Of a stretch of DNA of 64,000 nucleotides, positions 40,661-53,640 are shown piece by piece. The notes under the pieces were generated by a model. The model searched no databases and was not told where the DNA came from. It saw only the letters and a list, made by a program, of their open reading frames with translations. A program made the translations under genes and the position numbers. Each line of letters opens with the position of its first letter. The first letter of the stretch is position 1. Origin of the DNA: Octopus vulgaris (Eukaryota); the NCBI GenBank assembly GCA_951406725.2, contig OX597824.1, forward strand, positions 21,948,001 to 22,012,000, given 5' to 3'.

Positions 40661-40934
40661 ACGTAAGCTTTAGTGGGTAAATTAAACAGAAGGTGGAAGG
40701 GAGGATGAAAGACTTGTTAGCAAAGGGTGCAGTTAGACACCACAGACAAAATTTTATAAAGGCTCAAGAAGAGCAGTCCTCAGTCACATGGGAGATTTAG
40801 AAAAACCATCATGAAGAAAGCAGAAATCAGAACATTAATAATCACACACACACAACTGAACAGTTATAGAAATTAGAATGAATTGTTTTAAATAATTTCA
40901 AATCTAAAAGCTTTAATTATTCAACTTTAAAAAG

Positions 40935-41420
40935 ACATGGCTGTGTGGTTAAGAAATTTACTTTACAGCCATGTGGTTTTTGGGTTCAGTCCCACTGTTT
41001 GGCACCTAGGCAAGTGTTCTATCATAGTCAGGCAAGTATTTTCTATCATAGACTTGGGTCAACCAATGCCTTGTGAGTAGGTATATGGAAACCTGTGATA
41101 TATATATACAAATATACATATATATATGTGTGTGCGTGTGTTTGTTGCCCCACTATTTGACAACTGGTGGAGGAAGTGAACTAATGTACAACATAAAATA
41201 TTTATTCTTTTACTTGTTTCAGTCCTTTGACTGCGGCCATGCTGGAGCACTGCCTTTAGTCGAACAAATCAATCCCAGGACTTATTCTTTGTAAGTCTAG
41301 TACTTATACTAACAGTCTCTTTTGCCAAACTGCAGGGTCATAAACACACCAACATCAATAACAAATGATAATGTAGGAACAAACACAGACACACAAATAC
41401 ATTCATATATATATATATAT
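40935..41420. mobile_element. Family A-like 5' half (plus, about 40935-41170) and family A 3' half (minus, about 41200-41420)
   Basis: atggctgtgtggttaag...gggttcagtcccact, then ttttacttgtttcagtcctttgactgcggcc. Confidence 0.75.
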
Positions 41421-41424
41421 ACGG

Positions 41425-41732
41425 GTTTTCTCAAGCAGGGCATATCACCGAATGTCTGTCACTTGGCATTGTCTGCATGAGGCCCAAAATTCGAAGATCA
41501 TCTTTCACCACCTCATCCATATCTTCCTGGGTCTACTTCTTCCACAGGTCCCCTCCACAATTAGAGATCAGCACTTCTTTACAAAGCTGTCCCTATCTAT
41601 ATGCATTGTATGACCATACCAATACAGTCGGCTCTCTTGCACACCACATCTGATGCCTCTCATGCCCAGTTTTTCTCTCAAAACACTTACACTCTGTTGT
41701 ACAAGCACACTGACATTGCACATCCAGCAAAC
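41425..41732 (-). mobile_element. RTE-like LINE C-terminal fragment
   Basis: Minus strand WMCNVSVLVQQSVSVLREKLGMRGIRCGVQESRLYWYGHTMHIDRDSFVKKC*SLIVEGTCGRSRPRKIW, matching the RLxWxGH...GRPRKxW signature. Confidence 0.85.
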
Positions 41733-41740
41733 CATACATA

Positions 41741-42411
41741 CTGTAAATCCTCGAGTATAGTCCGCCCTTGAGTATAATACGCAGGGGATTTTTAGGGAGC
41801 TGTACCTCTGAAAAACCTAAACCTTGTGTATAATACGCACCCCTTCTCTAACTTGAGTCAAGGAGGTCGATATAACATCCTTGGTTTGTAAAACTGTATA
41901 CGGTAACATCCTTTATTATTATTGTTTATATAACATAATGCAAACGTGTAGCTTTTTTGTGCATTTTGTTTGCAGAAAATAAAGAAATAACAGTAATAAT
42001 AAATCTTAGAGCGAGTTATAAACAGTAGCTGCAACACATCGTGATGTATATTTGCCATTTAAATATGGCTAGCCCCTAAGGGTGGATGCTACTGTAGTTT
42101 GTAGCATCCACCCTTAGGGGTTAGCCATATTTAAATGGCAAATATACATCACGAGTAATAACAGTAATAACGTTTAGTAAATGTTGCCATTACTTGCCAT
42201 TTATGACTTCATTGCTTTCTGGCTTAGCTTAAGGTATTTTCGCGCCCAACATCACAAAATGCGTCTGAATAAACATTGCCGGACAGCAAATACAGACTCG
42301 GACATTGCTTAGAATATATTTTTCATTTTTAATCTCGTATATAGTACGCACCAGAGATTTTAATCTTTAAATTTTGGGGAAAAAATACGGATTATACTCA
42401 AGGATTTATGG
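41741..42411. mobile_element. pogo/Tc2-like MITE, copy 1, carrying an internal 116-bp hairpin
   Basis: TA|CTGTAAATCCTCGAGTATAGTCCG ... CGGATTATACTCAAGGATTTATGG|TA imperfect TIRs. Homologous to 49636-50152; no ORF. Confidence 0.85.
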
Positions 42412-42429
42412 TATATAGAAAGCAAAGAT

Positions 42430-42790
42430 GAGTGGCCTAGTGATTAGCATGTTGCGCTAATGCTCACAAGAGCATGGTTTCAATTCCTGGACTGGGTGCC
42501 ACATTGTGTTCTTGAACAAAACACTTCATCTCACACTGCTCTGCGACCACTTCAAAATCCGACATGTGCACTGTGCACTTGCACAGGCAATGTTGATTCG
42601 ATGAAGTGAGCAAGCTACTGTGCAACACAGACATTTGATCACTGCAGACAAATCATTTGTGCAGACAGTTCAGCAAGAAGTTGCAAAACCCATGTCTGTC
42701 GTTTATCGCAGGAGAGTCCACCACCATCGGGTGAAAGTAATTTAAACGATGACCACAAGAGTTCACTGGACAGAGGCCAAATCAATAGCT
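42430..42790 (+). mobile_element. tRNA/CORE-like SINE related to families D and F
   Basis: gtggcctagtgattagc...ggtttcaattcc...tgtgttcttgaacaaaacacttcat. Confidence 0.65.
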
Positions 42791-43159
42791 GACATCTAGA
42801 TTGCAGGAAACGGTGCAACCCCAACGTCCTCCACTTTTCTTGGACAACGTCCATGACAAATCATCTTGACAACAATCAACATAAGAAAATTAGAATGGTT
42901 TATTAGTAATACAGCTAGCAAATCATTACATGACTTTACAAAGCTCCAAGAACTGAATTAATAAGAAGAGAAAATAAGTCATTTGCTTATACCACAATCT
43001 TTCATGTGTGTTCGATATATTTTAATCATTTTATTTAATAGGATTTCCAGTTCATAATATTCTTATCTGCTATAATTGAATATATTTCAACAACGAGGAT
43101 CAGAAATTAATCTTAACACACATGTACTTCAAATATATTTAACAGTTATACATATAATA

Positions 43160-43330
43160 GGTGCAGGAGTAGCTGTGTGGTAAATAGCTTGCTTACAAGC
43201 CACATGTTTCCAGGTTCAGTCCCACTGCATGGCACCTTGGGCAAGTGTCTTCTACTATAGCCTCAGGCTGACCAAAGCCTTGTGAGTGGATTTGGTACAC
43301 GGAAACTGAAAGAAGCCTGGTGTATATATG

Positions 43331-43365
<35 letters not shown>

Positions 43366-43564
43366 CTGTGTTTGTCACCCCAACATTGCTTGACAACCGA
43401 TGCTGGTGTGTTTACATTCCCAGAACTTAGCGGTTCGGCAAAAGACACCGATAGAATAAGTACTAGGCTTACAAAGAATAAGTCCTGGGATTGATTTGCT
43501 CGACTAAAGGCGGTGCTCCAGCATGGCCACAGTCAAATGACTGAAACAAGTAAAAGAGTAAAAG

Positions 43565-43567
<3 letters not shown>
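43160..43567 (+). mobile_element. SINE family A
   Basis: Full-length match. Confidence 0.93.
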
Positions 43568-43597
<30 letters not shown>

Positions 43598-43646
43598 CTT
43601 TCTATATATACAATATAAACACTCTCCACATGCACATTATGCCATT

Positions 43647-43718
<72 letters not shown>

Positions 43719-44179
43719 CGTTCATCATAATCGTTTTATGAAAGATTTTTCTCTTTATAATATTCTTATCTATTATAATTGAATAAGTTTAAACAACTAT
43801 GATGTTCAGCACTAATACACTACTACACACATACACACACGCACACACAATACACAGAGATCTCTAAAGTCTGTAACAGTAAGCTATGAACTCATTCATA
43901 TCTCGCCTTTAAATCTGCACATACATTAATCCAAGGGCTCCTACTTTCTGTAAAAAGTAGTATACATACAACCATCTATGACCCCATATACATACATGCT
44001 TGTACACATACATACATTCATCCATATCTCAGAACGTATATAATCCATCTATAACCACAGTATTTTTGTGTAAATTTGCACTTCTATATATATATTTCTG
44101 TATTCATTTATGCATAAATACACTACATAAATGCATATACACATTTCTATATATACTTTTTCTCTCTTATTTTTTTTTT

Positions 44180-44417
44180 CTCTTTTACTTGTTTCAGTCA
44201 TTTAACTGTGGCCATGCTGGAGCACCGCCTTTAGTCGAGCAAATCAACCCCGGGACTGCCTTTAATCGAGCAACTTCACCCCGGGACTTATTCTTTGTAA
44301 ACCTAGTACTTATTCTATCGGTCTCTTTTGCCGAACCACTAAGTGACGGGGACATAAACACACCAGCATCGGTTGTCAAGCAATGCTAGGGGGACAAACA
44401 CAGACACACAAACACAT

Positions 44418-44460
<43 letters not shown>

Positions 44461-44626
44461 TACGACAGGCTTCTTTCAGTTTCCGTCTACCAAATCCACT
44501 CACAAGGCATTGGTCGGCCTGAGGCTGTAGCAGAAGACACTTGCCCAAGGTGTCACGCAGTGGGACTGAACCCGGAACCATGTGGTTGGTAAGTAAGCTA
44601 CTTACCACACAGCCACTCCTGCGCCT
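44180..44626 (-). mobile_element. SINE family A with a 31-bp internal tandem duplication
   Basis: gcctttagtcgagcaaatcaaccccgggact is followed by gcctttaatcgagcaacttcaccccgggact. Confidence 0.93.
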
Positions 44627-44796
44627 ACTTGATCATATAAACATAATATATATGTATACATAGCATACATCATTTTCATGATGGTTTACTTATATGTATT
44701 AGTGATAGTTAGGCTCCCTCATTGGTTTGCAGTTAGTAACAGGTTGCAATTTTCTGGGATGGAACACTCAAGCTTCCAGTTTTACATTGCATACAT

Positions 44797-44970
44797 TAGT
44801 CAAACAAAGTGACCCCAGGACTTATTCTTTGTAAGCCTAGTACTCATTCTCTCCTTGGTCTCTTCTGCCAAACTGGTAAGTTATGGGGATGTAAACATAC
44901 CAACATCGGTTGTCAAGCAACAGTGGGTCAAACACAGACACACAAATACATACATACATACACATACGCG

Positions 44971-45003
<33 letters not shown>

Positions 45004-45165
45004 GATGAGCTTCTTTCAGTTTCTGTCTTCCAAATCCACTCACAAGACTTTGGTCGGCCCAAGGCTATTGTAGAAGACACTTGCCAAAGGTGCCAAGCAG
45101 TGGGACTGAACCTAGAACCATATTGTTGGGAAGCAAGCTACTTACCACACAGCAACTCCTGCGCC

Positions 45166-45166
<1 letters not shown>
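44797..45166 (-). mobile_element. SINE family A, 3'-truncated
   Basis: Match to family. Confidence 0.88.
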
Positions 45167-45197
<31 letters not shown>

Positions 45198-46152
45198 TAT
45201 ATTGAACATCTTATATTGTGTGCATGGGCAGAAGAAAATATGGGATGAATCTGACCAGTTTCTAGTCTTGCTATACCTTCATCAGAGAAAGAGTATCAAT
45301 TTTCCATCCACTGAGCGAGTAATAGCTTACTGGTATGTATAGTGTAAAGAGGACTCAAACTCAGCCAAACTAGTCTGTCTAATTTACATAATTGCACATG
45401 CTCTGACAATGTGAATTAATAAAATCATTCATAGTGTAGTGTGCAACATTTACTTTTTACAGTAAGGATAAAAATGTATGTTTATTTAAAAAAGCTATGC
45501 CAAACACTCTAAATTATCCAAAAAATGCTATGTAGTACACAATATATATATTACAAAAGAGTAAATTCTTGTAAGAATTTTTTTTTTCCCCATCTTTCAT
45601 TTTGAACATTTTCAAAGAACTTATGGCTGCTACCATGGAAGTTAATACTCAAAATGCTTTATAGAAAATGGAGCTATAATGTTGCGTAGGAAATTTGTGA
45701 AAGTAAAAGAAAAATATATATCTAAGACATTCTACACAGAAATGAACAATTCTTTATTACAATATTTCAGTATGAAAGTTCTTAGCTTTATAGCTTTTTT
45801 TTTTGTTTTTCCTTTTTTTTTGGTTTCCTTTTAATTTGAAAATAACCATGATATTGAAAATAACCATCACTAAAATAAGTACTGAGGCCAATGGAAGCAA
45901 TTTACTGGCTTGAAGGCCCCAGCATGGCCACAGCCCAATGACTGAAAGCAGTAATAGAATGAAACAGAATGAGACGATATGGCACAGCTGATTGGATACA
46001 AATGGTCTGGCATGGCTAATTACACATTTGGACTGTTTTGGTGACTGCTTTATAACACTGGAAGCAAACATACATACATGTATGCACAAAAATACACACA
46101 CACATGCACATACACACACATATATTTAGAGAGAGAGAGATACACTTTAGTC

Positions 46153-46591
46153 TCTCTCTTTTAGTTGTTTCAGTCATTTGACTGTGGCCATGCTGGAGCA
46201 CTGCTTTTAGTCAAGCAAATCGACCCCAGGACTTATTCGTTGTAAGTCTAGTATTTATTCTATCGCTCTCTTTTGCTGAACCACTAAGTTACGGGTACAT
46301 AAACACACCAGTATTGGTTGTCAAGCGATGTTGGGGAGGGGGGCAAACACAGACACACATACATCATCATCATCGTTTAACGTCCGCTTTCCATGCTAGC
46401 ATGGGTTGATATATCTACACATATATACGACAGGCTTCTTTCAGTTTTTGTCTACCAAATCTATTCACAAGGCTTTGGTTGGCCTGAGGCTATAGTAGAA
46501 GACACTTGCCCAAGGTGCCACACAGTGGGACTGAACCCCAAACCATGTGGTTCGTAAGCAAGCTACTTACCACACAGCCACTCCTATGCCT
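46153..46591 (-). mobile_element. SINE family A with a family B tail inserted in its microsatellite (about 46362-46409)
   Basis: catcatcatcatcgtttaacgtccgctttccatgctagcatgggttga lies between the CA/TA tracts. Confidence 0.92.
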
Positions 46592-47272
46592 ATAGAGAGA
46601 CATTACAATTAATTAATTGAACATAACTGGCATAAATGCTTTACCTTCTCCTCATACATAAAGAGAGGGAGAAAGAGAGAGAGAGGGGAGAAAGAGAGAT
46701 AGAGAGAGAAAATGCCAGATGCCAAATAAGTCAGTGTTGAATCAGAAATGCCAGACAGGCAGTGCCAAAACAGCAGAGCCAAAATGTCTCATATCCAGAA
46801 TAAAAGATTTTTAAAATATGAACCATGATGAAAGGAAACTGAGATATTGTTGAAAAGTACAAACAACAGTATGAAGAAGTAATTGAACTGAAGTAATTAA
46901 TAAGTTTGAAAGCTGAATCAAAAGAGAGGAGTTACAACTAGATGAACCCTCCAAGCAGTTTAAATGCACAGGCCACTGGCATCCAAATGGCTAAAAGTAT
47001 TAGTTGAAGGGCACCCAGGAATCATGACTTGGATGTAGTTCATTCCCCTTAGAATGTAAGAAGTTAAGGGCTGAAATACTTGCCTGAGTGAGAGATTTCT
47101 TCTCTGAAGACCTTCTGCTGTTCAGCTCTTTTTGAGAATTTCTTACCATCTTACAACCACCAGAGTGACTTAAGAAACACGAAAACTCTTCTGCTAAGAA
47201 TTGATGACATTACTGTTCCCAGCCTTATTACCAATAGGGTTAGACCATCAATATTTAAACCAGCTCTAAGAC

Positions 47273-47870
47273 AGCGAGCAGGTAGGATTGTTTAATGACA
47301 TTTGATCCATCTTTGAACATTCTCAGTTCAAATTCCACTCAGGTTGATTTTTGCCTTTTAACCTCTCGGGTTTGATAAAAGAAGTATCACTGGGGAGTCC
47401 ATGTAATTGACTACCCACCACCTCTTTTGAAATTGCTGGCCCTGTGCCAAAATTTGAAACCATCATTTAAACCAACCCTCGAGATATGAGAGGTTATATG
47501 AGAGTTACGTCTCAGTAACTTAGCGATTCAGCAAAAGAGACGGATAGGATAAATACTAGGCTTACAAACAATAAGTCCTGGGGTCGATTTGTTCAACTAA
47601 AGGCGGTGCTCCAGCATGGCCACAGTCAAATGACTGAAACAAATGAAGGAATAAAAGAATTTATACACATGTTTTGAGCTCAGTTTTCCTGTTTGTATTT
47701 CCATACATACATATATGACAGGCTTCCTTTTAGTTTCCATTAACCAAATCCATACACAAGAGTACAGTGGAATCAGAACTATGTAAAAAAGCACTTGCAC
47801 AAGGTGTTGTGTAGAAGTATTGAACCAGGAAGTTAATGTTTGCATAGAAAACTTCTTAACCATGCAGCTT
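47273..47870. mobile_element. Cluster of SINE fragments: family C (plus, 47273-47462), A 3' half (plus, 47505-47660), A head (minus, 47710-47870)
   Basis: Partial matches to the respective families. Confidence 0.7.
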
Positions 47871-48936
47871 ATGTCTTTGGAAAAGGATACAGCAGAGAAT
47901 TAATTCCAAACCTTGTGAGCAATTCAAGCAATATATTTTCTAAACAAGGTATGAATGCCAGCAACAACAAAAATAATTTAATGATGTTAATATTGCCTTT
48001 ATATATATTTTTATGGGCAAAAATCTGACTTAGTAACATGTTGTATGTGAACCAGAGGTCGCGAGCACCTGCTATAAAATAGCCGGGTCTTTTACTTGCT
48101 TTCTCTCTCTTTTTCCCTAACAAATGAACGAATACATAAATAAATATTTCGGCAATTACAGAAGCGAAAAAGTGATTTCTCGATGGAAGAAGGAAAAGAA
48201 AAAAACAAAAACAAAAACAAAAGAAAACACACACACACAAAAAAATAAAACACCCATTTCTTTTATATTAATAAGCTGTTATACAACAACAAATATGATT
48301 TATGGAAGAGGAGAAAAAAAAAGCCAAAAAGAAAAAAGGAAATAAATATATACAGAAAAAAAGGCATTTACAAGAATCAATAGTGTGGAAAATGGTTGGA
48401 ATTTTATCAAACAATGAAAAATTGAACAGCAAGAAGTATTTAAAAGCTAATCATTTTAGAAACTTCTATTCAACACAATGTGATCAAAAGAAATAACAGA
48501 TGAAAATAGGAGAAATTTGTCTACAGATTATTACTAGATGGATATTATATATATATTTGATCAGAGAGAAAAAAAAACCCATCAACTGATGGGATTTGAA
48601 TCTACGGAGCAACATAAGCTAGTGATGGTGGGGGTATCCCTTAACTCGCCTTTCAATTAGTATGAAAAGTAATGAGAGGAGAGAGACAGAGAGAGAGAAA
48701 AAGAGAGAGAGAGTAAAATATTTTCTCCAATATATCTATTATGGTCGTTGCTTTTTTTTAAGGTGGGAGGGGTAGGTGAAGGACGTATCGAATAAACACG
48801 ACTCCTGTAGTAAGGAGTAAAGTTACAGGTATGTTTTGAAGTAAGTACAATTTGAAATTAGAGAAATATAAGGTATAGCACCACTGCTAAACTATCTATT
48901 CCAAATTTCATTGAAAACCGTAGAGAAAGAGAGAGA

Positions 48937-49333
48937 GGCGAGTTGGCAGAAACGTTAGCACACGGGGTGAAATGCTTAGCGGTATTTCGTCTGCCGCTAC
49001 GTTCTGAGTTCAAATCCCGCTGAGGTTGACTTTGCCTTTCATCCTTTTTTCCAGGCAGATTTTCTACAGCCAGATGCTCTTCCTGTTGCTTACCCTCACT
49101 TCTTTCCAAACATGGTAATACTAGTTTCAAGTTTTGGCACCAGGCCAGCAATTTTGAGGAAGGAAGCTAGTTGATTACATTGACCCCAATGTTCAACTGG
49201 TACTTATTTTAATGACCCTAAAATAAGGATGAAAAAAACAAAGTCAACTTTCAGTGGAATTTGAACTCAGAACACAAAGATGAAGGAAATGCCACTAAGC
49301 ATTTTATCTGACATGCTAATGATTCTGCCAGCT
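48937..49333. mobile_element. Family C SINE head (plus, 48937-49048) and degenerate C copy (minus, 49122-49333)
   Basis: ggcgagttggcagaaacgttagcacacggggtgaaatgcttagcggtatttcg...gagttcaaatccc (B-box-like). Confidence 0.8.
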
Positions 49334-49635
49334 TGACATCTTGAAGCGAAGTAATATTTCCCCAAGACATGTTTTGACAGAAAATTGGATATAAACAACA
49401 GCGCTTACATGACGGTGATGTTCGCTTATAACCATTATATGATATCGAGACATGGGTACACACGCAAACACACACACACATGCATTGTGTGTGTGTGTAT
49501 ACCCAAAACATTACTGACATGTAAGCAATACTGTTCATTTCTTATCTTTCATGGGGAATGAGTCAGGCCATGGGAGAAAAATCTGACCTTGCTTGGAAAC
49601 GAGTGAGAGTCAGCAACAGGAAGGACATCCAGCTA

Positions 49636-50152
49636 CCGAGTATAATCCTCGAGTATAATCCGCCCTTGAGTATAATACGCAGGGGATTTTTAGGGGGTTG
49701 TACCTCTGAAAAACCTAAGCCTTGTGTATAATACACACCACTTCTCTATCTTGAATCGTGTGTAATTAAGCCAGCAGCACCTAGTCGAACAAACACTTCC
49801 GTGCATGCGTAATACAATAATGGTGATGTTCTTAACTGTTATATGGGAATGTAAATATTTTTGCAAATTGTTTTTGTCACATGTTATTCTGCGTTCTGAA
49901 TGCTTTTATTTTAATAAATGTTGCTTACTGCAAATTATGGATGATTCTTTTATGACTTTCAGGCTTAGCTTAAGGTATTTTCGTGCCCGACATCACAAAA
50001 TGCATCTGAATAAACATTGCCGGACAGCAAATAGAGTCTCAGACATTGCTTAGAAAATATTTTTCATTTTTAACCTCGTATATAGTATGCACTAGGGATT
50101 TTGTCATTTAAATTTTGGGAAAAAAGTGCGGATTATACTTGAAGTTTTACAG
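49636..50152. mobile_element. pogo/Tc2-like MITE, copy 2, nested in a family B-related SINE
   Basis: TA-flanked, with ends homologous to 41741-42411. The host SINE reads ggaaggacatccagcTA | TAcaaaaatctgcc across the insertion. Confidence 0.85.
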
Positions 50153-50899
50153 TATACAAAAATCTGCCTGGATAAAATTCCGTCCGACCCATGCAAACAA
50201 TAGAAAAGCCGATATTAAACGATGCTGATGATGACAATGATAATAACAAAGGCGTCTTTTATTCAATAGCCTCTTTTATTGAAATCAATTTCCATATATT
50301 TACAGATAACTATAAAGTTGCTAAAGTGTGATCTATGTAACTTGGGTACTTCTATATGTTGAAAAACATAAAAACAAACCTCAAAAACAAAAGCAACTGA
50401 AACCAGATGAAATCCTAGCCTTAGAGAAAGGGGTGGTGGCGATGTTGGTGGAAAAACAGAAAGACTGAGTGAAAGAGAGAGAGAGAGAAATTCGATAATT
50501 CATTACATTATAAAATACAATGCTCTCTATGAAGAAGCAAGCAGTGTATCATTTGCTTCCAATGTCAGGCAGTTTATATGGCATTATGAAATTTTAATTA
50601 AGCGAAAATTGACTGATTTATCAAGGAGTTTTGTGCAAAAGCTCATTAAAAGAATTTTTCGATGATGGCAAAAATAAAGAAGGAAAACAAACAAAGTAGA
50701 CAAAATTGAAAATAAATATAGCTACTGCTGCGGAAATAACATGAAGGAAACCATATTGTAGACACAATGGAACAGTGTGTGTCTGTATTGATGATGATAC
50801 TCCTCGCAGATGAAGAGTAAATAAACGAGCAAAATTATTCTTCTTACCTTTTGTCTTACCATTGTGATTTACTTAGGTTTTATCTATTTTTTTTTGTTC

Positions 50900-50908
50900 T
50901 TTACTACA

Positions 50909-50967
<59 letters not shown>

Positions 50968-51032
50968 GAGCACTCACTACCACTACTACCACTACTACTA
51001 CTACTACCACCACCACCACCAGCACTATCACC

Positions 51033-51066
<34 letters not shown>

Positions 51067-51439
51067 TCACCACCAGCACTATCGCTATTACTATCACCAG
51101 CACCACTACTACTACTACTACCACCACTATCACTATTACTACCACCACCACCACTACTACTGTTATTATTACTATCATCACCACCACTGCTACCACTACT
51201 ACTACAACCACCACCATCACTACTACTACCACCACCACCACTACTACAACTACAACAATCACCACCACTGCTACCACTACTACTACAACCACCACCACCA
51301 CCATTACTACTACTACTACAACCACCACCACCACCATTACTACTACTACTACTACTATTACCACCACCACCACTACAACTACAACAACCACCACAACAAC
51401 CACCACCACTGCTACCACTACTACTACAACCACCACCAT

Positions 51440-51481
<42 letters not shown>

Positions 51482-51490
51482 TACCACCTT
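50900..51490. repeat. (CTA)n/(CCA)n mosaic trinucleotide repeat
   Basis: Direct reading; the block ccaccaccactgctaccactactactacaaccacc recurs three times. Confidence 0.95.
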
Positions 51491-51975
51491 GCTACAGGTT
51501 TTCTAGTATTCGTAAATCACAACAGTTTTCTATGGTGGTGGCTTTTCCTGAATCCATAACATGACTTGCTGTTTCTATAATGATATGACCACAATGGAGA
51601 CAAATTGAATAAACCTTCATTAATTTTTCTGGTTTCACTGTTGTATTACATGCTGTTAACAAAATAAAACTAGCATCTATCGTTTCCTTCTATTCTAGAT
51701 GTTAAGAGGACCATTTTCTTTTTATTTGATTTGTTTTTTGTTTGTTTCGTTTCGTTTTTATTATTATTATTATTATTATTATTTTTTTATTATTACTTTC
51801 CTTCTTTTATTTCCCCACCCCCACCCCACCTGCCGCTCCGTTTGCCCTCCCCCACCCCACCCCACCCCACTACTTCGATACTGAGTATTCAATAATAAAT
51901 ATTCTATTAGAAGTCTTTCTATTTACATACAACAAAAGAATCTCTTTGGTAGACAAAAAAAAAGTAAAGAAATCT

Positions 51976-52007
<32 letters not shown>

Positions 52008-52179
52008 TTCATATACACACGCATGCACATGTACATATGCACATAAATGCACACGTGTGCACATACAAGCATATGCACACTTGCGGTCACACACACTACA
52101 CTATGCTATTAATTGAATTCGTCTATTTAATTTTCTTTAGCAGCTTTCCCCAACCTTTTTTAGCAGCTATCAACTCTTT

Positions 52180-52183
52180 ATAC

Positions 52184-52232
<49 letters not shown>

Positions 52233-52380
52233 CATATATATATATATATATACACAAATATATATATACATACAAATATATATATATATATATACACAAA
52301 TATATATATATACATACAAATATATATATATATATATACATATATACACATATATATATATATATACGTACATACATATA
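52180..52380. repeat. (TA)n/(CATA)n microsatellite
   Basis: Direct reading. Confidence 0.95.
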
Positions 52381-53127
52381 CCTACGGTTGAGAAGTGTTT
52401 TTTTTTAATTCTATTATGCACAATACCTCACAACAACAATGCTTATCGGAAATGACTAATTAATCTATATTTATACTTGCAGCATCTAACGCTTTTAAAA
52501 GAAAAAGAGACGAATGGGGGGAGGGGGGGACAGAACAACAATAACAACAACAACAATAAAAGGGGGAAAAAAAAGAAAAAAGAAAAAAGAGAAAAAAAAA
52601 GCACCCATTTTATTGAATAGCATCTTTTAGCTGTTTGACCTTTCTTTAAAACGAGGAACAAGAGAGACAGATAGACAGAGATAGATATACACACATACAT
52701 TCATACATTTTATCCACATACATATGTACACGCATATGAAGAATGCTGTATATTCAGAGAATTGGATGCGGAGAAGTAACGACGGGTAAGTGATAGTAAA
52801 CGTGTTAATACCAATATCATAATTACAAGACAACTCTCGTTAATTGATTGATGCAATAACTGAATCCTCCAGCACATTTTTAATTATCATCTTTATTTAT
52901 TCATTTATTTATCTATTTTGTTTATGGCTTAGTCAGGGCCTCCAAGACTGGTGGTGGGTAGAAGAAAGAGGAATTACCAAAGACCTGGGATGAAATACTT
53001 GCAGAGAAGAAAGGTCGAAGCAACAGGTTGTTAAGTTAAACAGGAGATAATGAATGGAGCAGATGTGTAATAGCTAGAGTGTGTGGCTGTTTCTGGAGCG
53101 GTGGTCCTTGAGTTTGCCACCCTCTTT

Positions 53128-53640
53128 AGGCCCCTACAGCTCCCTATTAGGGCTTAAACAGCAGGACACAAAAGTGCTGTCCCCACCCCCATTAAAGCAT
53201 CACCTGGGCTAAACCACCTCTAACACCCTACCTCCATCATCCCCCTGCACATCCATCACCCTCCCATGCCTCCATCACCCTCCCTGTCACCCACTTCAGG
53301 CCCCTACAGCTCCCTATTAGGGCTTATACAGCAGGAGACAAAAGTGTTGTCCCCACCCCCATTAAAGCATCACCTGGGCTAAACCACCTCCATCACTCCC
53401 ACACCTCCAACATCCTACCTCCATCATCCCCCTGCACATCTATCACCCTCCTTGTCACCCACTTCAGGCCCCTACAGCTCTCTATTAGGGCTTATACAGC
53501 AGGACACAAAAGTGCTGTCCTCACCCCCATTAAAGCATCACCTGGGTTAAACCACCTCCATCACTCCCACACCTCCAACACCCTACCTCCATCATCCCCC
53601 TGCACATCCATCACTCTCCCATGCCTCCATCACCCTCCTA
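53128..53640. repeat. Three ~170-bp tandem units, C-rich
   Basis: aggcccctacagctc starts at 53128, 53298 and 53466. Confidence 0.95.

Noticed and set aside
48055-48090. E-box plus TATAAAA (gcacctgctataaaatagcc) as a core promoter
   Set aside because: Short motifs like these are expected by chance in AT-rich DNA, and no downstream gene structure is visible.
50851-51564. Pro/Leu-rich, His/Tyr-rich or mucin-like Thr-rich ORFs
   Set aside because: A CTA/CCA trinucleotide mosaic is open in several frames by construction; nothing indicates a real exon.
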